DNA from: an uncultured delta proteobacterium
GTDB taxonomy: Bacteria > Myxococcota_A > Polyangia > Polyangiales > Polyangiaceae
Direction: 5' to 3'
Assembly (NCBI GenBank): GCA_963782055.1
Contig: CAWAIF010000003.1
Coordinates: forward strand, 5,120,001-5,184,000
Length of the DNA: 64,000 bases
Below the pieces are notes generated by a model, which ran no database searches, was not told where the DNA came from, and saw only the letters and a program-made list of their open reading frames with translations. Position 1 is the first letter of the stretch, and each line of letters opens with the position of its first letter. Shown here one piece after another: positions 10,794-20,032 of the stretch. Position numbers and translations under genes: made by a program.

Positions 10794-10809
10794 TGCAACG
10801 CACGTGCCC
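10794..10809 (-). promoter_or_regulatory. Putative sigma54 (-24/-12) promoter
   Basis: Minus strand GGGCACGTGCGTTGCA = GG-N10-GC with TTGCA, ~35 bp upstream of the 10760 start. Confidence 0.6.
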
Positions 10810-11045
10810 GCGGCCCGCACCGCGGGTTTGCCCTGAAAACTCCTGGGGGGAGCGGCCCGGTGGATGAAAAAAGTTGCCGGACCGGAAAAAAGGTACGTCG
10901 CTCTTCGAAGCCGACGGGCCCAGAGGAAGTCTAGAGCCCCAGGCTGGCCGGGCATCAAGAAAATGGAGGCGCCGCAGTGCGGGCAGGTGGTTCTGTGTGG
11001 GTGAGGAGAACTTTCGGCCGACGCTTGCGTATATGCTCGGCAACC

Positions 11046-12530
11046 ATGTGTTCCCATGCGCCCCTCTCGGCGCTCGCGTTCGCGGTGGCCGCTCTCTCCG
11101 TCTCCATCGGAGCGTGTGGTGGCCATCCGCCCCCCAAGGCCGTCGCCGCCGGACCGGCCGCGGCGAAGCTCTCCACCTCCGCCCAGCGCGAGTCGGTCGC
11201 CGTCACCGTCTACAACGGCGGGTTCGGCGTCGTGCGGGAGGTGCGCGACGTCGACCTCGGACGCGGCCTCGTGTCGCTCGAGTTCCGCGACGTCTCGACG
11301 AAGATCGAGCCGAAGACGGTGCAGGTGCGCGCGCTCGACGCGGCCCCCTCGGCGCTCTCGGTGCTGGAGCAGAACTACCGCTACGACCTCCTCAGCCCCC
11401 AGAAGCTGCTGGAGAAGTACGAGGGCAAGAAGGTCAAGGTTTACCGCTGGAACAAGGTGACCGGCAAGGACGAGGAGCTCGACGCGGAGGTCATCGCCGC
11501 CAACGGCGGTTCCCCGGTGATGCGCATCAACGGCGAGATCACCTATGGCTTCCCCGGGCGCATCGCCTTCCCCGGCATCCCCAAGAACCTCATCGCCAAG
11601 CCGAGCCTGGTCTGGCTGCTGGACAGCGCCAAGCCGAAGCAGAAGGTGGAGGTCACCTACCTCACCCAGGGCATCCGGTGGAACGCCGACTACGTCCTCT
11701 CCCTCGGCGACGAGACCGCCGGGACGGGCATGTCCAAGGGTGATCTCGTGGGCTGGGTGACGCTCGCCAACGACACCGGCACGACGTTCAAGAACGCGCG
11801 GCTGAAGCTCGTCGCGGGGGACGTCCAGCGCGTGATGGCGCAGGGCCAGATCGCCGAGCGCTCCAGGATGGCGAAGGACGAGGGCGGGGAGAGACAGTTC
11901 AACGAGGAGAGCTTCTTCGAGTACCACCTCTACAGCCTGGACCGGCCGACCGACCTGCTGAACAGCGAGAGCAAGCAGGTCACGCTGCTGCAGGCCAGCG
12001 GCGTCGCGGTGCGGCGGCGCCTCATCTTCCACGGCGCCTCCTACTACTACCGGAACCGGTACGGCGCCGTGCAGTCGAACCAGAAGGTGGGCGTCTACGT
12101 GGAGATCGACAACCGCGAGGACAACCACCTGGGCATCCCGCTGCCGAAGGGCACCGTGCGCGTCTACAAGACGGACAAGAGCGGGCAGAAGGAGTTCGTC
12201 GGCGAGGACAACATCGACCACACCCCGCGCGACGAGAAGGTGCGCATCAAGATGGGCGAGTCCTTCGACGTGGTGGGGGACCGCAAGCAGACCGACTACA
12301 AGGTCATCTCCTCCTGCGTCGACGAGAGCGCCTGGGAGATCGACCTGCGCAACCACAAGGACGTGGCCGACGAGGTCCTCGTCTACGAGCCAGTGGGCGG
12401 CGACTGGACGCTGCTCACCTCCTCCATGCCCTACGAAAAGAAGGACGCCCACACCTTCACCTTCACGGCGAAGGTGCCGGCGCGCGGCGCGACGAAGATC
12501 ACTTACCGGGTGAGGGTGAAATGGTGCTGA
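11046..12530 (+). CDS. DUF4139-domain lipoprotein (copy 1)
   Basis: Lipobox IGAC; VTVYN, EQNYRYDLLSP, YLTQGIRWNADY, FEYHLYSL, PLPKGTVRVY. Confidence 0.85.
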   Translation: MCSHAPLSALAFAVAALSVSIGACGGHPPPKAVAAGPAAAKLSTSAQRESVAVTVYNGGFGVVREVRDVDLGRGLVSLEFRDVSTKIEPKTVQVRALDAAPSALSVLEQNYRYDLLSPQKLLEKYEGKKVKVYRWNKVTGKDEELDAEVIAANGGSPVMRINGEITYGFPGRIAFPGIPKNLIAKPSLVWLLDSAKPKQKVEVTYLTQGIRWNADYVLSLGDETAGTGMSKGDLVGWVTLANDTGTTFKNARLKLVAGDVQRVMAQGQIAERSRMAKDEGGERQFNEESFFEYHLYSLDRPTDLLNSESKQVTLLQASGVAVRRRLIFHGASYYYRNRYGAVQSNQKVGVYVEIDNREDNHLGIPLPKGTVRVYKTDKSGQKEFVGEDNIDHTPRDEKVRIKMGESFDVVGDRKQTDYKVISSCVDESAWEIDLRNHKDVADEVLVYEPVGGDWTLLTSSMPYEKKDAHTFTFTAKVPARGATKITYRVRVKWC

Positions 12531-13975
12531 CCTCCTCCGCCAGGAGGCGAGCCGCCGCGCTCGCCGTCCTCGCCACGATCACCGCCGCCGGCTTCGCGAG
12601 CTCCGCCATGGCGCAGCCGCCGCCGGCGCCCGCGACGCTCAAGTCCACGTCCGCGCAGCGCGACGAGGTGTCCATCACCGTCTACAACCAGAACTTCGGC
12701 CTGGTGCGGGAGGTGCGCACGCTGAACAACCTGCCGCGCGGCCGCACGTCGCTGGAGTTCGCCGACGTCTCGCGGTCCATCCAGCCGGAGACCGTGGCGA
12801 TCAAGTCGCTCGGCGGCCAGCTGAACGTCCTGGAGCAGAACTACCGCTACGACCTGCTCAGCCCGCAGAAGCTGCTGGAGAAGTACGTCGGCGGGAAGGT
12901 GAAGGTGTACCGCTACAACGAGAAGACCGGGCGCGACGACGTCTACGACGCCGAGGTCCTCTCCGTCGCGCAGGGCACCGTGCTCAAGATCAACGGGGAG
13001 ATCACCTACGACTTCCCCGGGCGCATCGCCTTCCCCTCGGTGCCGAAGAACCTCATCGCCAAGCCCACGCTGGTGTGGCTCCTCGACTCCGGCGGGCCGC
13101 AGAAGGTGGAGGTCACCTACCTGACGCAGAACCTGAGCTGGGTGGCCGACTACGTCTTCGTCCTCAACGCCGCCGACAACGCCGGCGACCTCACCGGGTG
13201 GGTCACCCTCAACAACACCACCGGCACCACCTACGACAACGCCAAGCTGAAGCTCGTCGCCGGGGACGTGCAGCGCCTGAGGCCGAACTACGGGATGCCG
13301 ATGGGCGGGGCGATGTCGGCGCCCGCGGCCAAGGCGGCGCAGTTCGGGGAGGAGAGCTTCTTCGAGTACCACCTTTACACGCTCAACCGGCCGACGACGC
13401 TGCTCACCAACGAGCAGAAGCAGGTCACCCTGCTGGAGGCCCACGGCATCCACGTCGACAAGAAGCTCATCTTCTACGGGCAGCAGTACTACTACCGCGG
13501 CCGCTACGGCCAGGTGATGTCCAACCAGAAGGTGGGCGTCTACCTGGACTTCCAGAACACCGAGCAGAACCACATGGGCATGCCCCTGCCCAAGGGCACG
13601 GTGCGCGTCTACAAGGCCGACAAGAGCGGCGCCAAGCAGTTCATCGGCGAGGACAGCATCGACCACACCCCGCGCGACGAGCGCGTCCGCATCAAGATGG
13701 GCGAGGCCTTCGACGTCGTCGGCGACCGCAAGCAGACCGACTACAAGATCATCAGCTCCTGCGTCGTCGACACCTCCTGGGAGATCGACCTGCGCAACCA
13801 CAAGGACACCGCCACCGCCGTCGAGGTCTACGAGCCCGTCGGCGGCGACTGGACCATCGAGTCGTCCAGCATGCCCTTCGTGAAGAAGGACGCCCACACC
13901 TTCACCTTCACCCCGCACGTGCCGGCCCGCGGCAAGGCCAAGATCACCTACCGCGTCCGCGTGAGGTGGTGCTGA
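12521..13975 (+). CDS. DUF4139-domain secreted protein (copy 2)
   Basis: Signal peptide AMA-Q; same motifs; overlaps copy 1 stop. Confidence 0.85.
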   Translation: MVLTSSARRRAAALAVLATITAAGFASSAMAQPPPAPATLKSTSAQRDEVSITVYNQNFGLVREVRTLNNLPRGRTSLEFADVSRSIQPETVAIKSLGGQLNVLEQNYRYDLLSPQKLLEKYVGGKVKVYRYNEKTGRDDVYDAEVLSVAQGTVLKINGEITYDFPGRIAFPSVPKNLIAKPTLVWLLDSGGPQKVEVTYLTQNLSWVADYVFVLNAADNAGDLTGWVTLNNTTGTTYDNAKLKLVAGDVQRLRPNYGMPMGGAMSAPAAKAAQFGEESFFEYHLYTLNRPTTLLTNEQKQVTLLEAHGIHVDKKLIFYGQQYYYRGRYGQVMSNQKVGVYLDFQNTEQNHMGMPLPKGTVRVYKADKSGAKQFIGEDSIDHTPRDERVRIKMGEAFDVVGDRKQTDYKIISSCVVDTSWEIDLRNHKDTATAVEVYEPVGGDWTIESSSMPFVKKDAHTFTFTPHVPARGKAKITYRVRVRWC

Positions 13976-15408
13976 TGCAACGCGCGCGCGTCCTCTCGTC
14001 GCTCTTCGCGTGCGCCGTGGTCGCCGCGGCCACCGCCCGGGCGATCGCCGCGCCCGCGGCGCCGCCGGCCAAGGTGCTGTCCACCGCGCGCGACCGGCAG
14101 GAGGTGAGCATCACCGTCTACAACCAGAACTTCGGCCTGGTGCGGGAGGTGCGCGACCTGAACGTCCCTTCCGGGCGCGTCTCGCTGGACTTCCAGGACG
14201 TCTCGCAGTCCATCCAGCCGGAGACGGTGGCGATCAAGTCGCTGGGCGGCAAGCTGAACGTCCTGGAGCAGAACTACCGCTACGACCTGCTCAGCCCGCA
14301 GAAGCTCCTGGAGAAGTACGTCGGCCGCAAGGTGAAGGTCTACCGGTGGAACGAGAAGACCGGCCGCGACGATGTCTATGACGCCGAGGTCCTCTCCGTC
14401 GACCAGGGCACGGTGCTCAAGATCAACGGGGAGATCACCTACAACTTCCCCGGCCGCATCGCCTTTCCCTCCGTCCCGCCCAACCTCATCGCCAAGCCGT
14501 CGCTGGTGTGGCTGCTCGACTCCGGCGGCCGGCAGAAGGTGGAGGTCACCTACCTGACGCAGAACCTGAGCTGGGTGGCCGACTACGTCTTCGTCCTCAA
14601 CGCCGCCGACAACGCGGGGGACCTCACGGGGTGGGTCACCCTCAACAACACCACCGGCACCACCTACGACAACGCCAAGCTGAAGCTCGTCGCGGGGGAC
14701 GTGCAGCGGGTGACCGCCACCGCCACCGGCAGAGACGAGGAGGCGATGGACGACGAGGTGGCGGAGCAGAAGCAGTTCAACGAGGAGAGCTTCTTCGAGT
14801 ACCACCTGTACACGCTCAACCGGCCGACGACGCTGCTCACCAACGAGCAGAAGCAGGTCACCCTGCTGGAGGCCCACGGCATCCACGTCGACAAGAAGCT
14901 CATCTTCTACGGGCAGCAGTACTACTACCGCGGCCGCTACGGTCAGGTGATGTCCAACCAGAAGGTGGGCGTCTACCTGGACTTCCAGAACACCGAGCAG
15001 AACCACATGGGCATGCCCCTGCCCAAGGGCACGGTGCGCGTCTACAAGGCCGACAAGAGCGGCGCCAAGCAGTTCATCGGCGAGGACAGCATCGACCACA
15101 CCCCGCGCGACGAGCGCGTGCGCATCAAGATGGGCGAGGCCTTCGACGTCGTCGGCGACCGCAAGCAGACCGACTACAAGATCATCAGCTCCTGCGTCGT
15201 CGACACCTCCTGGGAGATCGACCTGCGCAACCACAAGGACACCGCCACCGCCGTCGAGGTCTACGAGCCCGTCGGCGGCGACTGGACCATCGAGTCGTCC
15301 AGCATGCCCTTCGTGAAGAAGGACGCCCACACCTTCACCTTCACCCCGCACGTGCCGGCCCGCGGCAAGGCCAAGATCACCTACCGCGTCCGCGTGAGGT
15401 GGTGCTGA
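13349..15408 (+). repeat. Direct repeat 13349-13975 / 14782-15408 (3' halves of DUF4139 copies 2 and 3)
   Basis: 627-bp blocks at 1433-bp offset; three synonymous differences spotted by eye. Confidence 0.9.
13975..15408 (+). CDS. DUF4139-domain secreted protein (copy 3)
   Basis: ATG overlaps copy 2 stop (TGATG); signal peptide AIA-A; same motifs. Confidence 0.85.
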   Translation: MQRARVLSSLFACAVVAAATARAIAAPAAPPAKVLSTARDRQEVSITVYNQNFGLVREVRDLNVPSGRVSLDFQDVSQSIQPETVAIKSLGGKLNVLEQNYRYDLLSPQKLLEKYVGRKVKVYRWNEKTGRDDVYDAEVLSVDQGTVLKINGEITYNFPGRIAFPSVPPNLIAKPSLVWLLDSGGRQKVEVTYLTQNLSWVADYVFVLNAADNAGDLTGWVTLNNTTGTTYDNAKLKLVAGDVQRVTATATGRDEEAMDDEVAEQKQFNEESFFEYHLYTLNRPTTLLTNEQKQVTLLEAHGIHVDKKLIFYGQQYYYRGRYGQVMSNQKVGVYLDFQNTEQNHMGMPLPKGTVRVYKADKSGAKQFIGEDSIDHTPRDERVRIKMGEAFDVVGDRKQTDYKIISSCVVDTSWEIDLRNHKDTATAVEVYEPVGGDWTIESSSMPFVKKDAHTFTFTPHVPARGKAKITYRVRVRWC

Positions 15409-15590
15409 GCCTCCCTGAGAGGGAGAGGGGGGAGCGCGGGCGCGGGGGCGCGAGGGGGGGCGCGGAACGCGGGCGCGAGGGCGGGGGCGACGGACGATCT
15501 GCCGATCGCGCGCGGCACGATCTGGCACTCTCGCAGCGCGCCATCTCCCGCGATTCCCGCCCTGGCCCGCCTCCTGCTAGGCGGGCCCCC

Positions 15591-16574
15591 ATGCACGCCG
15601 GAACCCTTCGTCTTCGCCTTCGCAAGGTCATGCTCCTCGCCGCGGCCGCGCCCGCCATCGCCGCGTGCGGTGGCGCGGTGATCGACGACACCACCGGCGG
15701 CGACGGGGGCAACCCGCCCGACGCCGCGACGGGCTGCACCGCCACCCGGATCGACGGCAGCAGCGGCTCGTGCGGCGGCTTCCAGGTGGAGCTGAGCAGC
15801 GCCGCCGCCTGCGGCGTCCCCCCGTCCACCGCCATCCCCCACTCCGTGTGCCAGAAGCTGTGCGGCGACCCGAACGACTCCTACTGCACCTTCGACACCG
15901 CCACCGACGTCCTGGACTGCAGCGGCATCTGCATGGGCCGCTTCCCCGCGGGCCTGCGCGTCGCGCCCGGCGCCGCGCACGAGCAGGCCGGCGAGCTCCT
16001 GGCGCGCGTCGCGTACCTGGAGGCCGCGTCGGTGGGGGCGTTCGACATCCTCGCCGCCGAGCTGCGCGCGCACGGGGCGCCGGAGTCGCTGGAGCGCGCC
16101 GCCCGCCGCGCCGCCGCCGACGAGGTGCGCCACGCGCGCGTCACCGGCGCGCTCGCCCGCGCCTACGGCGGGGAGCCGCGGACGCCGCACGTGGACCGCG
16201 CGCCGGTGCGCCATCTCGCCGCCATCGCGATGGAGAACGCGGTGGAGGGCTGCGTGCGTGAGACCTTCGGCGCGCTCGTCGCCGCGTGGCAGGCGGAGCG
16301 CGCGGCCGACCCGCGCGTGCGCGACGCCATGCGAGGCATCGCCCGCGACGAGACGCGGCACGCCGCGCTCGGCTGGCGCGTCGCAGCCTGGGCGGAGGCG
16401 CGCCTCTCCCCGGAGGATCGCGCCCGCGTGGAGGAGGCCCGCCGGCGCGCGATCGACGAGCTGGAGTCCTCGGAGGAGCAGCCGACCGCCGAGACCGCCG
16501 GCGTGCTCGGACTGCCCAGCGCGTCCGAGCGCATCGCGATGGTGAGGGCGATGCGCGCCGAAGTGTGGAGTTGA
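15591..16574 (+). CDS. Ferritin-like (di-iron ExxH) domain lipoprotein
   Basis: Lipobox IAAC; LEAASV, DEVRHA, ENAVEGCVRET, DETRHA. Confidence 0.8.
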   Translation: MHAGTLRLRLRKVMLLAAAAPAIAACGGAVIDDTTGGDGGNPPDAATGCTATRIDGSSGSCGGFQVELSSAAACGVPPSTAIPHSVCQKLCGDPNDSYCTFDTATDVLDCSGICMGRFPAGLRVAPGAAHEQAGELLARVAYLEAASVGAFDILAAELRAHGAPESLERAARRAAADEVRHARVTGALARAYGGEPRTPHVDRAPVRHLAAIAMENAVEGCVRETFGALVAAWQAERAADPRVRDAMRGIARDETRHAALGWRVAAWAEARLSPEDRARVEEARRRAIDELESSEEQPTAETAGVLGLPSASERIAMVRAMRAEVWS

Positions 16575-16610
16575 GGCGCCCGCCGGTGCGCGTATGCTCT
16601 CCGCGTGACC

Positions 16611-16958
16611 ATGTGGGACCGCGACAGGCCGCACGACGCGCGTGAGGCGCTCTTCGGGGGCCAAGGGACCGTCCGCGTGTGGAGCCTCGCTCCCACGCCG
16701 ATGCGCCCCTTCACCGCGCTGCTGGCGTGCGAGCTGGATCCGCTCGGCACGGTGGGCGCCCACGTGCAGCAGGAGCACGACGAGACCGTCATCATCGTCG
16801 AGGGCCGGGGCGAAGCGACGGTCGCCGGCGAGCGCAGGCCGCTCTCTCCCGGCACCGCCGTCTTCCTTCGCCTCGGCGAGACCCTCGCCCTGCAGAACCG
16901 CTCCGACACCGAGCCCCTGCGCTACGTCATCGTGAAGGCGCAGCACCTCGGGCCGTGA
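16611..16958 (+). CDS. Cupin-domain protein
   Basis: GTVGAHVQQEHDETVIIVEGRG...LQNRSDTEPLRYV cupin pattern. Confidence 0.8.
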   Translation: MWDRDRPHDAREALFGGQGTVRVWSLAPTPMRPFTALLACELDPLGTVGAHVQQEHDETVIIVEGRGEATVAGERRPLSPGTAVFLRLGETLALQNRSDTEPLRYVIVKAQHLGP

Positions 16959-17100
16959 CCAGGCATCGTCGATGCTGACGTGGTCGCCACCGTGACGTCC
17001 GCGGCGTCTCCTCGTCGGCCGCGCGGCGCGGCCGACCGCCCCGCCCCGGAGCGAGCTCGCCGCGTCGCTGGACGGCGCGGCCACGGCGTAGACTCGCCGG

Positions 17101-17922
17101 ATGCGAACGTCGCTGCTCTGGATCGTCGCGCTCGGGCCCTTCGCATCGGCGTGCACGCCGCCGGAGAGCCCGAGTCGTGCCATGCCGCCGGATGGGGGCT
17201 CGAGCGCGGCGACCGCGAACCACGACGCGACGACGGATGCCGGACCCGCAACGTGCGCGCAAGGCATCTCCCTCGGAGGCGACAAGGCAGCCAGGCCGCT
17301 CGACGCGGCCGCAGTCGCGCGGCTCGTGAAGATCAAAGACGACGCCAGCGCACCCGCGCTGGCGCGCACGCGGGCGACCCTCGAGCTCGCCGACCTGTAT
17401 CGCAAGGCGAACCACTTCGACGAGGCGATCGCGCTCCTCGGCCCCATCGCGCTGGCCGACCCGCAGCTGGACGTGGGTGAAGCGGCCGTCGAGCCCTACC
17501 TCGATTCGCTACGCCAGATGAAGGAGGGCTGCGCGCCCGAGCTCGAACGCGACGCCATCGCCATACGAGCGCGCTACTGCCCACCCAGTCGAAGAGATCG
17601 CTTCTGCGACGGCATGGCGTTGATCTCCCTCCAGCTGCGCAGGGACAGCGCGCTCCACCTCGCCCAGAGCGATCCTGCGGCGGCGGCCGCCGCATACGAA
17701 TCGCTCTTCATGGACTCCTGCCTCGGTGGCGGGCACGAGGACTGGCGCTGCGACGAGATCGCCTACAACGCCGCGATCTCCTACGCCGGCACGGGCGAGC
17801 CCGCGAAGGCGCGCTCTGTATTGCTGCTTCTGGAGGACCCGAAGAACGGGCTCACGAAGAGCCCGCTCGTGCCGCGGTTGGAGTGTCTGCTCGCCGCGAC
17901 GGATGCCGGGGCCTGCCGCTGA
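17101..17922 (+). CDS. Hypothetical lipoprotein with TPR-like helices
   Basis: Lipobox ASAC; LADLYRKANHFDEAIALL and AYNAAISYAGTGEPAKAR. Confidence 0.6.
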   Translation: MRTSLLWIVALGPFASACTPPESPSRAMPPDGGSSAATANHDATTDAGPATCAQGISLGGDKAARPLDAAAVARLVKIKDDASAPALARTRATLELADLYRKANHFDEAIALLGPIALADPQLDVGEAAVEPYLDSLRQMKEGCAPELERDAIAIRARYCPPSRRDRFCDGMALISLQLRRDSALHLAQSDPAAAAAAYESLFMDSCLGGGHEDWRCDEIAYNAAISYAGTGEPAKARSVLLLLEDPKNGLTKSPLVPRLECLLAATDAGACR

Positions 17923-18239
17923 GGGTCACCCTGTCGCCCGGCGTTCACCCGCTCGCGAACACCACGGCCGGCGGTCGCGACATTCATTGACCCTCGTCGT
18001 CCGCCGCGGCATCGAACCTGATATGGGCGGCCAGTTCACCCAGCGCATCGACTCCACCGCGATACCTGGCGTACGTCACGGCATGTAGCACGATCGCGGG
18101 AGGCTTCGTCAGCAGCCGGCGAAGCTCGTCGAGCCCCATCGGGAGGGCGAGCTCCTTCCTGATTCTCGCAAGATCGCGCACTCCACCCGGAGGCATGGCG
18201 GTCACGAGAATCTCGCCCCGCCGCGACCAGTCCTCTCCC

Positions 18240-19683
18240 CATGCCCGATCTCTTAAGCACCGATCGCCCCAAGTTTGAGGGCGATTCGTTTCCTGGAGCG
18301 TGAAGGTTGTCGTTCGCGTGCCAGAGCGACGAGTGCCGCGCCCACGGTGGTCACGACGGCAGTCCACGCGGCGGTGCTCAGGGAGACGAGGGCGTCGACC
18401 AGGTCCCGCGCGTAGGCGCGCACGACGTGCAACGTCGCCAGGGGGCGCAGTTGCTCGAGAGGGACGTCGCGCGCGAGTGCAGCCTGGATCCTGACCGAGC
18501 GCACGAGCGCGTGGGCGAGCATCGCGCCGTAGGTGAGCGCCTTGATCGCGTGGGGATCGGCGGTGAAGGAGCGGCCGAGGTCGGCGGTCTGCTTCAGCTC
18601 GCGAAAGAGCAGCTCGATCAGCCAGCGGAGTCGGTAGGTCTGGATGATCTGCCGTGGCGAGAGCACGCTGCGCGGCACGGTGGTCAGGTACCAGCGGATG
18701 ACGGTCGACTTGTGCGCGAGTCCCACGAGCCGCAATGCGACGGTGTCCTTGCCCTTGCCCCACGTCACGTCGAGGTCGAAGATCGTCCCGCGCTTGCGCG
18801 ACACGCTCTGCAGGTAGTAGCCAAGCGACCAGTTGTGGAGCGGGGTGTGGCCGTTCTCCGAGATGTGCGCGGTCACGCGTACCTTCGCCGTGGTCTTGAG
18901 GCGCATCAGCACGTGCGCGCCGGCAGCCTTCGCCTGCGTGAACAGAGCGCGCTCGAAAAAGCCGAGGTCGAAGAGGTAGAGCACCCCGCGCGTGAAGCTC
19001 GGGACCAGCTTCCGCCACAGCGGCGTCTCCGACGCGGTCTCCGCGTCGGAGACGCCGTGCTCGAGCAGGCCGGTCTTGATGCTGTAGCCCATCACCCACT
19101 TGGTGCCGGCCTTGCCCTTGGTGCATCCCGGCAGCAGCTCGCGCCCGCGCGGTGGCACGCGCTGCCCCGTACCGTCGTAGACCCGCACGTCCTCGAAGCG
19201 GGCGAGCGGCCCGCTCAGCTCCAGGCCCGCCGCCTTCGTCACCGACGCCACGAGGTGCTCGAGCGCCGCGCGGAAGAACGCCGCCGCCGACTCCTGCTTG
19301 AACCGCTTCTGGAACGGGCACGGGCGCATGAAGCCGAAGCGCCTCACGAAGATCGCCCGCAGCGACTCGAACGACAGCGTCTGGCCCGCGAGGAACCCCT
19401 CGACGACCGTGAGCACCAGGCGGAACGCGGTGGCGCGCCGCTGCCGCGGGTTGTAGCCGGTGCGGCCCCGAAGCTCGTCGATGACCGCCGGCGTGAAGGT
19501 CCGCTGCAGCTGCTCCTCCACCGCGCTCGCCTCTTCGCTCGGGTCTGGACGGCTGCTCGTGGCTCGGGTAGCTCTCGTCGTCATCGGGCGTCCTCTCCTT
19601 GTTGGTGTCGCAACCGAACAACGAGAAAGGCGCCCGATTTATTTCCATCATTCCGCCACGTTATGTCCAAAGGATTGGCCATG
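18240..19683 (-). mobile_element. IS4-family insertion sequence (1444 bp)
   Basis: Imperfect IRs CATGCCCGATCTCTTAAGCA / CATGGCCAATCCTTTGGACA; 10-bp TSD GTCCTCTCCC at 18230-18239 and 19684-19693. Confidence 0.9.
18253..19584 (-). CDS. IS4-family DDE transposase
   Basis: YDGT, LFDLGF and the YREK motif YRLRWLIELLFRELKQ. Confidence 0.92.
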   Translation of the reverse strand: MTTRATRATSSRPDPSEEASAVEEQLQRTFTPAVIDELRGRTGYNPRQRRATAFRLVLTVVEGFLAGQTLSFESLRAIFVRRFGFMRPCPFQKRFKQESAAAFFRAALEHLVASVTKAAGLELSGPLARFEDVRVYDGTGQRVPPRGRELLPGCTKGKAGTKWVMGYSIKTGLLEHGVSDAETASETPLWRKLVPSFTRGVLYLFDLGFFERALFTQAKAAGAHVLMRLKTTAKVRVTAHISENGHTPLHNWSLGYYLQSVSRKRGTIFDLDVTWGKGKDTVALRLVGLAHKSTVIRWYLTTVPRSVLSPRQIIQTYRLRWLIELLFRELKQTADLGRSFTADPHAIKALTYGAMLAHALVRSVRIQAALARDVPLEQLRPLATLHVVRAYARDLVDALVSLSTAAWTAVVTTVGAALVALARERQPSRSRKRIALKLGAIGA

Positions 19684-20032
19684 GTCCTCTCCCTCGTCCT
19701 CCGGCAGCGGACAGCCCTCGATCAGCCAACTCACATAGCTCGCTGCCAGGACCGAGCGCGCGTCGAGAGAACTGTCGTCGGCCTGGTACAGCATCTCCGC
19801 GTCCGCGCGCGCTTCCATCAGGAACAAGCGGCCGCCGCTGTCATCACCAACGGCGACGAACTCGGGGGCATACGCGGACACGCCCAGAGTATCGTTGCGC
19901 TCGGCCATCCACTTCGTCGAGTACAGCAGGACGCCCGAGTCCGAATGGAGGCCGTCCGTCAGCCGCCAGAGGCGCTTCACGACATCGGGGACGACTCTGT
20001 CGAGGTCACGTGCTGCGCGCAAGATGGCCTCC

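Noticed and set aside
11046..15408. DUF4139 repeats as DGR template/variable regions or a shufflon
   Set aside because: No reverse transcriptase or invertase in the window; differences are not adenine-specific and there are no flanking inverted sites
15522..15537. TGGCAC-containing sigma54-like box before the ferritin-like gene
   Set aside because: -12 element lacks the TTGC/TGC context; too weak to call
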